Assembly: GCA_963803145.1 (NCBI GenBank)
Contig: CAWDLW010000020.1
Location: 64,001 to 128,000 of the forward strand
Direction of reading: 5' to 3'
Origin: Methanotrichaceae archaeon
GTDB taxonomy: Archaea > Halobacteriota > Methanosarcinia > Methanotrichales > Methanotrichaceae
Length of the DNA: 64,000 nt
A model generated the notes under the pieces. It did no database searches, was not told where the DNA came from, and saw nothing but the letters and a program-made list of their open reading frames with translations. Numbering within the stretch: position 1 is the stretch's first letter; each line of letters begins with the position of its first letter. The position numbers were made by a program, and so were the translations under genes. Positions 1 through 8,678 of the stretch are shown here, in pieces.

Positions 1-1
1 C

Positions 2-625
2 AGGCAGGGCAACGCCATCGCCAACTTCGACCGCACCCTACCTGCTCCACAATCTGAGCTGGCCCAGCAGATCCTCAAAGATCCCTATAACTTCGACTTT
101 CTGGGCCTAAGCGTTGAGGTTCAAGAGCGCGATCTTGAGCATGCCCTGATCCAGCACATACGCGAGTTCCTGCTTGAGCTTGGTGTGGGCTTTGCCTTCG
201 TGGGCAGCCAGTATCATCTGGAAGTAGGAGGCGAGGACTTTTACATCGATCTGCTCTTCTATCACCTGCATCTGCGCTGCTATGTGGTCATAGATCTGAA
301 GGTCTGCGAGTTCCAGCCGGAGTTTGCGGGAAAGATGAACTTCTATCTCTCTGCCGTGGACGACCTGCTCAGGCATGAAGATGATAGACCTTCTATTGGG
401 CTAATCCTTTGCAAGACCAGAAACCGAATCATTGTGGAATATGCCATGAGGGATACGTTGAAGCCCATGGGTGTGGCCGCTTACCAGATTACAGCTTCAC
501 TGCCGGAACACCTCAAGGGTAGCCTGCCGACAGTTGAGGAGCTGGAGAGGGAGATGAGGGATGCAAACGGAGAAGGAAATGAAGGATCTGGCTCAGACAG
601 ATATAGGAATCCTCCTGGACACTAA
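2..625 (+). CDS. YhcG/DUF1016 family PD-(D/E)XK nuclease-domain protein, 5'-partial
   Basis: Frame is open from base 2 (RQGNAIANFDRTLP..KDPYNFDFL..LLELGVGFAFVGSQY..IDLLFYHLHLRCYVVIDLK..GKMNFYL), typical DUF1016 motifs. Confidence 0.92.
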   Translation, partial: RQGNAIANFDRTLPAPQSELAQQILKDPYNFDFLGLSVEVQERDLEHALIQHIREFLLELGVGFAFVGSQYHLEVGGEDFYIDLLFYHLHLRCYVVIDLKVCEFQPEFAGKMNFYLSAVDDLLRHEDDRPSIGLILCKTRNRIIVEYAMRDTLKPMGVAAYQITASLPEHLKGSLPTVEELEREMRDANGEGNEGSGSDRYRNPPGH

Positions 626-706
626 AAGAACACCTTTAGACGCTTCGGCACAATTGATTGAGGGAATAGTTAATCCTATCCTTTTAATCTTATAGCTTGT
701 ATTTTC

Positions 707-806
707 CAAAGCCTTCCCCCAGCGAGGGGTTAGGGGCAGCTCGCACGGCGACTACAGCGCGCTAGTAAACCGCTAGTGTTAGCCCCAGAAGAACGATTAG
801 GCTTTG
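707..806. repeat. ~100-bp structured dispersed repeat (MITE/REP-like), copy 1
   Basis: Terminal inverted repeat CAAAGCCT(707-714)/AGGCTTTG(799-806); aligns by eye with the reverse complement of 11987-12093 and 11852-11919. Confidence 0.8.
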
Positions 807-961
807 AACTACACAAGTCAGTCCAAAACACAAAGTAAGAGTATCTCTCTAATGTAGGCTCTCAAATTATTACCTCGATTCTCCGTCAACTCCAATTTTA
901 TTGAGATAACTCATCAACCTGTAGCAATTTCTTTATCCCTGGAAGCGAACTATATCTTCCA

Positions 962-1264
962 ATGGACAAATTCGAGGCCCTGAGGGATAAGGTACTGCCC
1001 TTGCTCAGGCCATACGTGAAACGCATTGCTGTTTTCGGCTCCTTTGCTCGTGGTGAGGAGACTCCAGAGAGCGATATTGATCTCATGGTTGAGCTAAAGC
1101 CTCCAGAACAGCGCCCGTCCTTGGGCTTGAAGTGGTTTGGCCTGGAAGACGAGCTGAGTCGCATCCTGGGCAGAGAAGTCGAACTGGTAACTGAGGGCGC
1201 TCTTAGCCCTTATATAAAACCGTATGCGGAGAGGGATATGGTCCTGCTCTATGAAGAAGGATGA
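962..1264 (+). CDS. MNT minimal nucleotidyltransferase antitoxin (MntA-like)
   Basis: FGSFARGE..ESDIDL motif, 100 aa, overlaps the downstream HEPN gene. Confidence 0.93.
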   Translation: MDKFEALRDKVLPLLRPYVKRIAVFGSFARGEETPESDIDLMVELKPPEQRPSLGLKWFGLEDELSRILGREVELVTEGALSPYIKPYAERDMVLLYEEG

Positions 1265-1586
1265 CACGGTCTATCTTCGCCATATAATCGATTCATGTGA
1301 GCGGATAGAGCATTACATGGAAGGCATCCCTAAGGATAAGTTCTTCGAAACAGAGTTACTGCAGGACGCCGTCATAAGGCAATTGGAGATAATAGGTGAG
1401 GCCGCATGTAACCTTTCCGATGATTTGAGGCTAAGCAATCCTCAGGTTCCTTGGCGCCAGATGGTAGGCTTAAGAAACAGGGTTATTCATGCCTACTTTG
1501 AGGTTAATCCTCAGATCATCTGGGAAATTACCAAAGGTGATCTCCCTGCTTTAAAGCAAGAAATTAAGCAGATCTTAGGAAGTTGA
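1251..1586 (+). CDS. HEPN/DUF86 ribonuclease toxin (HepT-like)
   Basis: LEIIGEAA..PWRQMVGLRNRVIHAY (Rx4H motif); likely start ATG 1251 (MKKDDTVYL). Confidence 0.93.
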   Translation: MKKDDTVYLRHIIDSCERIEHYMEGIPKDKFFETELLQDAVIRQLEIIGEAACNLSDDLRLSNPQVPWRQMVGLRNRVIHAYFEVNPQIIWEITKGDLPALKQEIKQILGS

Positions 1587-1615
1587 GGAAGAGTATGAAA
1601 TAGTCGAGGAAGAGT

Positions 1616-1843
1616 ATGAAATGTTTGATTTGCAAGCAAGCCTTCACCCAAGCAGGCACAACTACCGTGACCCTGGAGCGTGGTTGCCTGACTATGGTGG
1701 TGAAATGCGTGTCAGCTCAGGTCTGTCCCAACTGTGGCGAAGCTTACGTAGACGAAACTGTGGCCGAGGATCTATTGAACACTGCTGAGCAGGCAGCTCG
1801 CACAGGCGCTCAAGTCGAGGTTCGGCAGTATGTAGCTGCATAA
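1616..1843 (+). CDS. YgiT-type zinc finger protein (MqsA-like antitoxin domain)
   Basis: MKCLIC...AQVCPNCGEAY pattern, 75 aa. Confidence 0.88.
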   Translation: MKCLICKQAFTQAGTTTVTLERGCLTMVVKCVSAQVCPNCGEAYVDETVAEDLLNTAEQAARTGAQVEVRQYVAA

Positions 1844-1844
1844 T

Positions 1845-1869
1845 ATCGTAGAACATTTTCATCTACGAT
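1845..1869 (+). terminator. Hairpin directly after the zinc finger gene, possible terminator
   Basis: ATCGTAGA...TCTACGAT 8-bp stem followed by a short T run. Confidence 0.4.
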
Positions 1870-2180
1870 TTATGCAACAGGCTGTTGCACAAATTCCCTG
1901 ATATTACAATATTACTCTTTTACTACCTCTCGGTGTTCTTGTTGCATGCGGGGGATGATACTCTAGCACTATAATACTCCGGGCAAAAGCTAGGGCTTAA
2001 GATGCTCACTCTTCTTAAAGCGCATGATTTTATTAACCATTTATCCAATTTATCGCGAATATTATCCCTTTTTGGATAATTGATGTATATATATTTCCTT
2101 AATAGGATAACCATTCGTACTAAGAGGATAGGATTTATAAATTGGACATGCCTAATATTTGATAAAGGAGGTGAGGTGCA

Positions 2181-2213
2181 ATGAAGCTCATGGTAGTCGT
2201 AGTAAAGAGGTAA
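2181..2213 (+). CDS. Putative leader peptide MKLMVVVVKR
   Basis: ATG..TAA preceded by GGAGGTGA Shine-Dalgarno and TTTATAAA TATA-like box (~2134-2141); upstream of the MFS gene. Confidence 0.45.
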   Translation: MKLMVVVVKR

Positions 2214-2416
2214 ATAACGTAAGCTAGAAGGCTTAAGATACGAACAGACTTCATACCATATGGTATAGAGTTCCTGTAAAACGGATGCTACTCAAAGACT
2301 AGTGCTGTCATTCATATGCCCAATTGGCCTTAAGAACTGCACATAAACCACAAAGTTCCCATAGGCCTCGTTTTCCCCTTTATAATTCGACATTTTGAAT
2401 AACTCCTAAATGTTCG

Positions 2417-3703
2417 GTGGTTGGAATGATACCAAAAATTATTATGTCACGAGTAATGTCGTTGCGTGACTTCCGTCTTCTATTCCTTGGTACTACAGTC
2501 TCACTACTGGGAGATCAATTCGCTCTCATCGCTATACCATGGTTGACACTAAAACTAACAGGCGATCCATTAACCCTAGGATTTGTCCTGGCTCTAGAGG
2601 GCATTCCGCGTGCGGCAATTATGCTCTTGGGAGGTGCTATAACGGACCGCCTCTCGCCACGCATCATGATGCTTACCGCAGATCTCACCCGCTTTGTTTT
2701 GACAAGCTTAATAGCATTTACTGTGTTGACAGGCACTATTCAGATATGGATGCTGTATGCCTTCAGCTTAGGGTTCGGCTTGGTGTCAGGGCTCGAAATC
2801 CCAGCGGAAAGCAGCATAGTGCCTATGCTGGTAGAGACGCAGGACCTGCAGGCGGGCAATTCGCTCATGCTGAGCAGCGCTCAGGTAGCCCAGTTCGTTG
2901 GTCCTACAATCGCTGGTATTCTGATAGGGCTATATTCAAACTCATTCTTCGGCATTGGTCTGGCCTATTCCATCGATGCTGTGGGCTTCGCAGTCTCAGC
3001 GATCTGTCTGTGGCTGATACATACTAGCAATAGGCCCCAGGTTCCTGAGGAGTCTCATAAGAAAGAGAGCATCTGGAATTCTATTCTAACAGGTATAAAA
3101 TACATTTGGACTGACGAAGCCCTGCTGCTGATAATTCTGGTTATGGGAGGATTAAACCTCTTGCTCATCGGACCTATTATAGTCGGCATCCCCGTTCTTG
3201 CAGATCAGCGTCTTCCAGAGGGTGCAACAGCCTTCGGCCTGCTCATTTCCGCTTATGCTGGAGGGAATCTGATCGGTTATCTGATAGCAGGTACCTTGCC
3301 TCGTCCAAGCGGAAAGATCATGAGAATCATTTTTATTTCCTTTATGATAGCATTTGGAACAGTCATTGGGGCGCTCGGGTTTATTCAGTCAACCTGGGTG
3401 GATTTTATCTTATTGCTCGGCTTAGGTCTGGGAAATGGGTATATTGACATCGTCCTTTTCACCTGGATTCAAATCCGCGTCCCTATAGAGATGCTTGGTC
3501 GGGTGATGAGCATAGTTATGTTCGCCAGTTTGGGGTTGGGACCCATCTCCCAGGCTATATCAGGTGCAATCCTAAGGTGGAACCTTAATAATCTCTTCAT
3601 TTCAGAAGGAACGCTGGTTCTGATGTTAGCATTATGGACGTTTTCCCGGCCAGCGCTCAAAATATTCAGCGAAGGCCTGGCGACGCAAAAAGCCTGTTCG
3701 TAA
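2417..3703 (+). CDS. MFS transporter (MFS_3/DHA3-like efflux)
   Basis: About 12 hydrophobic segments; GGAITDRLSPR motif-A-like loop; GRVMS; start codon uncertain (2417/2426/2444). Confidence 0.92.
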   Translation: MVGMIPKIIMSRVMSLRDFRLLFLGTTVSLLGDQFALIAIPWLTLKLTGDPLTLGFVLALEGIPRAAIMLLGGAITDRLSPRIMMLTADLTRFVLTSLIAFTVLTGTIQIWMLYAFSLGFGLVSGLEIPAESSIVPMLVETQDLQAGNSLMLSSAQVAQFVGPTIAGILIGLYSNSFFGIGLAYSIDAVGFAVSAICLWLIHTSNRPQVPEESHKKESIWNSILTGIKYIWTDEALLLIILVMGGLNLLLIGPIIVGIPVLADQRLPEGATAFGLLISAYAGGNLIGYLIAGTLPRPSGKIMRIIFISFMIAFGTVIGALGFIQSTWVDFILLLGLGLGNGYIDIVLFTWIQIRVPIEMLGRVMSIVMFASLGLGPISQAISGAILRWNLNNLFISEGTLVLMLALWTFSRPALKIFSEGLATQKACS

Positions 3704-3758
3704 TCTATGTTTGGCACTTTATGAGCTCTAGTTATCGGCAGCTACAGTGAGTTCAACA

Positions 3759-4391
3759 CTATCTTCGAGAAGCAAAGAAGATAAAAAGTGCGAATCCCGC
3801 CAGAGCCATTAAAGCGTAGCTCTTCGGCGTTTTGAATGGATTTTTCCTGGTAAAGCCGAAAAAGGAATTGGCGTTGACAAGATGGAATACGCCGCCTAAG
3901 ATCAAAGCCCCTGATGCCAGATACCTGGGCAGAGCAATAATGACAATAACTGCATAGAAAATATACTCCAAAACAAATGCTAATGGCCCATTGCGCCATG
4001 ATCCCAGACCAACTTTCCTGTCATTTCTGCCAAATCCCAGCACGGGCAGATCCGGGAGGTGTACGATCGCATCCAGGACCCAGTGGGAGGCAGATCCTGC
4101 GGCAAATACCATGGCGGCCAGAGGATTCCCCAGAACAGAAGCAAGGATAAGTCCTACAACCACGGCCAGCAGGCTGGTCAATACCAGTGAATGGGAATAA
4201 GGATACCTCTCGAATCTGATATACTTTTGAAGAGGACTATCCGGGTTAATCTTCACCTTCTCGATGCCTGCCAGCACCAAGAAAGGCCATACCAAGTCAG
4301 GGAAGCTAACGGCTATGAGAGGAACTAGTATAGGCAATTGAGGAAATAATCTCGCCAAGAGAAACGCTACTGCAAAATGGCCTATGAACAT
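3759..4391 (-). CDS. Membrane-bound metal-dependent hydrolase-like protein
   Basis: MFIGHFAV, PDL, PYSHSL, SHWVLDAIVH motifs; likely start ATG 4391 rather than 4517. Confidence 0.8.
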   Translation of the reverse strand: MFIGHFAVAFLLARLFPQLPILVPLIAVSFPDLVWPFLVLAGIEKVKINPDSPLQKYIRFERYPYSHSLVLTSLLAVVVGLILASVLGNPLAAMVFAAGSASHWVLDAIVHLPDLPVLGFGRNDRKVGLGSWRNGPLAFVLEYIFYAVIVIIALPRYLASGALILGGVFHLVNANSFFGFTRKNPFKTPKSYALMALAGFALFIFFASRR

Positions 4392-4672
4392 TTGAGATCC
4401 CCAAATTATTTCTAAAATATTGGCATGTACAGGTATAAATTTCTTAGCTATTGGCCATATTCTGAGAAGAGTGGAAGAATAATCTGCTGCAGAATCTACT
4501 GCAGAATATCCTGGCATTTAGATCGTTTGAGATCATTCAAACAGCCAATTTCCGAGCCTATCAAAATAGACTACCTTTAACTATACTGACGATAACATCT
4601 TTGCACTTAAAGCAAAAATTTATAATTTATTATGAGGGAATTCTTATGGAAAAACTTGTTGGGGAAATGTAA

Positions 4673-6275
4673 ATGATATTTCTTAAAAGACTTATGGTGT
4701 TTGCCATAATTGCATTTATGCTTTTTACCTCGATCGTAAATGCAGCCAATATGAACGCTACGAACTCCCAAAACCAGACCGGCAACTTTTCCGCCGGTTT
4801 GCAGGAGGTCCTGGCTGGGCCGCAATACAGTCATGCCTGGTGGGGCCTGATTGTAGAAGACCTAAACACGGGAAAGGTCCTTTATGAGCTCAACCCTGAA
4901 AATATGTTCATCCCTGGCTCCACAGCCAAGCTCTATACAGTTGCCGCTGCCCTGGATACATTTGGAAAGGATTACAGATTTACTACCCCCATCTACGCAC
5001 ATGGGAATGTGAATGATTCAGGGGTGCTCAATGGAGACCTCATCCTGGTTGCCAGCGGAGATCTGACCATGGGAGGCCGCACAACGCCTGACGGCAGAAT
5101 CGCTTACACCAACATGGACCATGGCGATGCCAACGCTCTTGGCAATGCCACCCTGACCGAGCAGGATCCACTGGCAGGCCTGAACGATCTCGCCAGGCAG
5201 GTTCGCAGGATCCGGCATCAAAAGCATTTCGGGAGATGTGATCATCGATGACAGACTCTTCAATATTACACCCTCACCAGACCCGTCAGCAGGTTATATC
5301 ATAACGCCCATTATAATAAACGATAACCTTATAGATCTTACTATCAAGCCCGCTTTGCCGGGAGATATGGCAGAGGTCGATTGGAGACCAAAGACCTCGG
5401 TTTATCAGGTTCAGTCTAATGTGAAGACCGCTCCCCCAGGCACGCCAACCCAAATCGAAGTGGATTCTAACAATGTAAATGGGATAACCACAATAACCCT
5501 GAAAGGTCGGATCGCCTCCGACAACGGCCCAATAGTCCGAACCCAGCAAGTGGAGGACCCTTCATCCTTCGCCAGATCGCTGCTCATTGAGGCACTGGAA
5601 TGAAACAAAGTCTCTGTGAATGCATCGCTAAAGGCTAATAACCCTTCAGAAAAGCTGCCATCCTCAGAGATTTATGCCAACTCAAAACCAGTAGCTCTCC
5701 TAATATCCCCGCCCTTTTCGGAGAATGCGAAACTGATCCTCAAAGTCAGCCAGAATATGCAGGCCGATACTCTTGTATCCCTCATGGCAGCAGAGCACGG
5801 TAACCGCAGCTTTGAGGATGGCCTGAAATCTGAGCGCCCGTTCTTCAAGAAAGCAGGGGTAGATCTAAACGCTATCTCTCTAGGAGATGGCCGTGGTAGC
5901 GTTTGGTCCGACCTGACTGCGCCGAACGCTACGCTACAACTCTTGCGCTATATGTCCGATAGCTCGAACTCCCGAGTGTATAAAGATGCTCTGCCAATTT
6001 TGGGCGTAGACGGCAGCCTTTCCGATGTGAGCAAGAGCAGTCCTGCAAAGGGAAATGTCTGGGCCAAGACTGGAACTGTGGTGGTTTATGATGGCGTCAA
6101 CGACCGACCATTAGTCTTAGCCAAAACTCTGGCAGGATACATAAACTCATCCTCGGGCAGAAGCCTAGCCTTCGCAGCTTATGTGAACAATGTCCCTGTT
6201 AACGATGTCAATTCTGCACTCCAGGTAGGAAATGATCTGGGACGCGTTGCGGAGCTGATTTATGAGAACTATTAG
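4673..6275 (+). pseudogene. dacB: D-alanyl-D-alanine carboxypeptidase/endopeptidase (PBP4, peptidase S13), disrupted
   Basis: Signal peptide, PGSTAK (SxxK), SQN (SxN) and KTG motifs spread over three ORFs; frameshift near 5205 and in-frame TGA at 5601-5603. Confidence 0.88.
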
Positions 6276-6584
6276 TGGAGGTGAGGATTTCAAAGGGCCC
6301 TAAGTAATCCTTGCTGAGTCTTTATAAGGTATCTTAAAGAGGTCTGGCTATAACCTGGCATCAATCTCGACTGTGTCATCGCCCAGCTCTGCATTTGGAG
6401 TTGATTTGTGTTATAGATTAGTATCATTATTACTACTTTTATCATTCTATTAACTATTTTTTTTACATGAAGCAATCACTAATTATAGTTAGCCGATAAA
6501 ATCCATTTTCATACGTTCTTATGCAGATTCAAGAGAACCGTTAAATATTCAGATATACAATTGTGAATCCAAGGTGATAATGAA

Positions 6585-6737
6585 ATGTGCACAGTTGGTG
6601 GCGGGCCTGATGTCGGTGAAATTGAGACTGTAGCGGCTAAGGACTATGAGTGCCTAGATTGTAAAAACAAATTCAAGGCTATGGGCAGAAGGCCTATGTG
6701 TCCTTCCTGCAAATCAAGGAACGTGAAGCAGGCATAA
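6585..6737 (+). CDS. Small zinc-ribbon protein (50 aa, not in ORF track)
   Basis: MCTVGGGPDVGEIETVAAKDYECLDCKNKFKAMGRRPMCPSCKSRNVKQA; two CxxC; AGGTGA SD upstream; first gene of an operon. Confidence 0.85.
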   Translation: MCTVGGGPDVGEIETVAAKDYECLDCKNKFKAMGRRPMCPSCKSRNVKQA

Positions 6738-6745
6738 GCTAAATC

Positions 6746-7210
6746 ATGCGCATATCGCTTAAAGAGAACGAGATCGCCTATCTTTGTGGCCAAAGTGGAA
6801 CGATTGCATTGGCCAAAACTCTCGGCAACTTTTTTTACCTTGAGACCGAGAAAGAGGAGATAGTCCTCTTTACCGAACCGGATGACCTGATGGTAGCATC
6901 AGCTTTCGGTGTAGGAGATAGAATTCGTCGAGGTCTAAGGTGTACCATTTATCAGATCAGGGATCTTGGAGCGCCGCTGATCGTTCTGCCCAAAGGCCAT
7001 CCAGCATCCCCGAGGCTTAAGACTGTTGTATCCATTGGCCCAAAAACGAGATTAAGCTGTAAAATACAGCCTGGGACCCATCCCGAGCAGGATATACTCT
7101 GCGGCCCAGATGAGTTTCATAGCCTGGAGATATTAGCAGAGCCAGAAGGAGCATTGATCAACGGCCTGAAAGAGGACTTCAGTGATCATATAATTATCGA
7201 AAAATTATAG
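6746..7210 (+). CDS. Hypothetical protein
   Basis: 154-aa ORF tightly packed in an operon, normal globular composition. Confidence 0.75.
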   Translation: MRISLKENEIAYLCGQSGTIALAKTLGNFFYLETEKEEIVLFTEPDDLMVASAFGVGDRIRRGLRCTIYQIRDLGAPLIVLPKGHPASPRLKTVVSIGPKTRLSCKIQPGTHPEQDILCGPDEFHSLEILAEPEGALINGLKEDFSDHIIIEKL

Positions 7211-7233
7211 GTTAAAATTGTAGGTGATAAACC

Positions 7234-7512
7234 TTGGCAGAGATAAGAGAAGATAGCCTTGTCAGATATAAAGGCACAGGCACAATCGGTACTGTAAAGG
7301 TTCTGAAGGAGGAGGATGGGCAGAAGTGGGCATTTCTTGATAGCACAGGCCTTTACTACAGATTGGATACCCTCGAGCCGATTGAAGCGGCTCCTGAACG
7401 CAAGGAGCTGGAGGGCATGACTCTGGAGCAAATCCAGGAACGCTTCAAAGCACACCAGGAGATCATGGATAAGGCAAAGATGCAGGATGAAAGCTTGGAA
7501 TCAGGCGGATAG
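7234..7512 (+). CDS. DUF2098 family protein
   Basis: VRYKGTGTIGTV..WAFLDSTGLYYR pattern; TTG start with AGGTGA SD. Confidence 0.75.
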   Translation: MAEIREDSLVRYKGTGTIGTVKVLKEEDGQKWAFLDSTGLYYRLDTLEPIEAAPERKELEGMTLEQIQERFKAHQEIMDKAKMQDESLESGG

Positions 7513-8677
7513 AAATAGGATCGGGGTAGTAATTCATGGCCCTGAAGTCATAGATTCAGGCGCAGCCAGGAAGCTGATAAACTACCTTCAGAAATTCGGC
7601 ATCGTTACGGCAATCCTTGGCGGCACAATGGGCAGGCTGGCTATTATTGATGCCGGCCTTGATGATATAATAGCCATAAGCCCAAAAAGGAAGCCAAGCG
7701 AATCCCTTAGGGATCTCCAGGCCACCTCGGATATGTTGATTCTTATTAACCAGGCAAAGACAAAGGAGACCGCCATGGCCTTTGGCTCCAGAATAGCCGA
7801 TAATGCCAAAGCCACCAAGCCACTCATCCAAATTGACTGCGGCGGAAAGTTCATTGCGATATTAACAGGCGGTGGGGAAAACCTGGCTGAGAGATTATCA
7901 AAGGATCTAGGCCTTGATCTGCTGAATATTGCAGAATCTCAAAATGGCAAAGAGGGCAATATAACACATGAGGGCAATGTTACAAAGCGCAGACTGACAG
8001 GGGTTATGACCGGCGAACTCATAACGGTAAATGGAATAGTGATAGCTAAAGCGATAGATAATTCAATAGAGATCGAAGCCAGTAACAAAAGGATTGTAAA
8101 AGTAAACGGCGCAGAGATGAAGCTCCACGGCATTGAAAAGCTTCCTCCATTAGACCTGGAAAGAGCGGTCATCCGCAGCGGTATTATCAGGCGAACTAAT
8201 GCAAAGCCAGGGAAGGCCTTGAAGTGTAAAGGGAATTGGGCGGTGCTAATAAACCATAATGCTGAGGATGCCTTCGAAATATCAAAGGATGCTTGCATTG
8301 CTGTAACAGTTGGCGATGATACGACGGCTATCGCAAGAGAAATTCTCTCCCGGCTCGGTATACCTATCATCGGGATAATAGATGGCGATCTTGATGGACT
8401 TTCAGGTAATAAAGATAAGGACAACACTAACATCATTGCTGATATAGCTACTGATACTATTGATATCATTAATACAACTAATATTATGACAAATGCCGCC
8501 ACCCAAAATGGCAGCACCATAATCAGGGTAGAACCAGGATATGATGATGTGATTGGTGCTCAAGTGAAAGAGAAAATATTCATTGGCGTTAACAGAGCAC
8601 AAATTAAGACGAGCGAACTTTTAGACAGGATAAGGGAGATTGCTGGAAGCCATATAACCACGATTGAAAGATTCTAG
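7487..8677 (+). CDS. DUF2117 family protein
   Basis: IGVVIHGPEVIDSG, LGGTMGR, VGDDTT, GIIDGD motifs. Confidence 0.82.
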   Translation: MKAWNQADRNRIGVVIHGPEVIDSGAARKLINYLQKFGIVTAILGGTMGRLAIIDAGLDDIIAISPKRKPSESLRDLQATSDMLILINQAKTKETAMAFGSRIADNAKATKPLIQIDCGGKFIAILTGGGENLAERLSKDLGLDLLNIAESQNGKEGNITHEGNVTKRRLTGVMTGELITVNGIVIAKAIDNSIEIEASNKRIVKVNGAEMKLHGIEKLPPLDLERAVIRSGIIRRTNAKPGKALKCKGNWAVLINHNAEDAFEISKDACIAVTVGDDTTAIAREILSRLGIPIIGIIDGDLDGLSGNKDKDNTNIIADIATDTIDIINTTNIMTNAATQNGSTIIRVEPGYDDVIGAQVKEKIFIGVNRAQIKTSELLDRIREIAGSHITTIERF

Positions 8678-8678
8678 T

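Noticed and set aside
667-675. TAGTTAATC identical to the IS630 terminal 9-mer
   Set aside because: Similarity does not extend and there is no partner end; likely chance
707-806. Integron attC interpretation of the 100-bp repeat
   Set aside because: GCTAAC/GTTAGC is present but paired RYYYAAC..GTTRRRY ends are not, copies do not follow each gene, and no integrase is visible
5601-5603. Selenocysteine recoding of the TGA in dacB
   Set aside because: Non-catalytic position, the gene also has a frameshift, and no SECIS is evident
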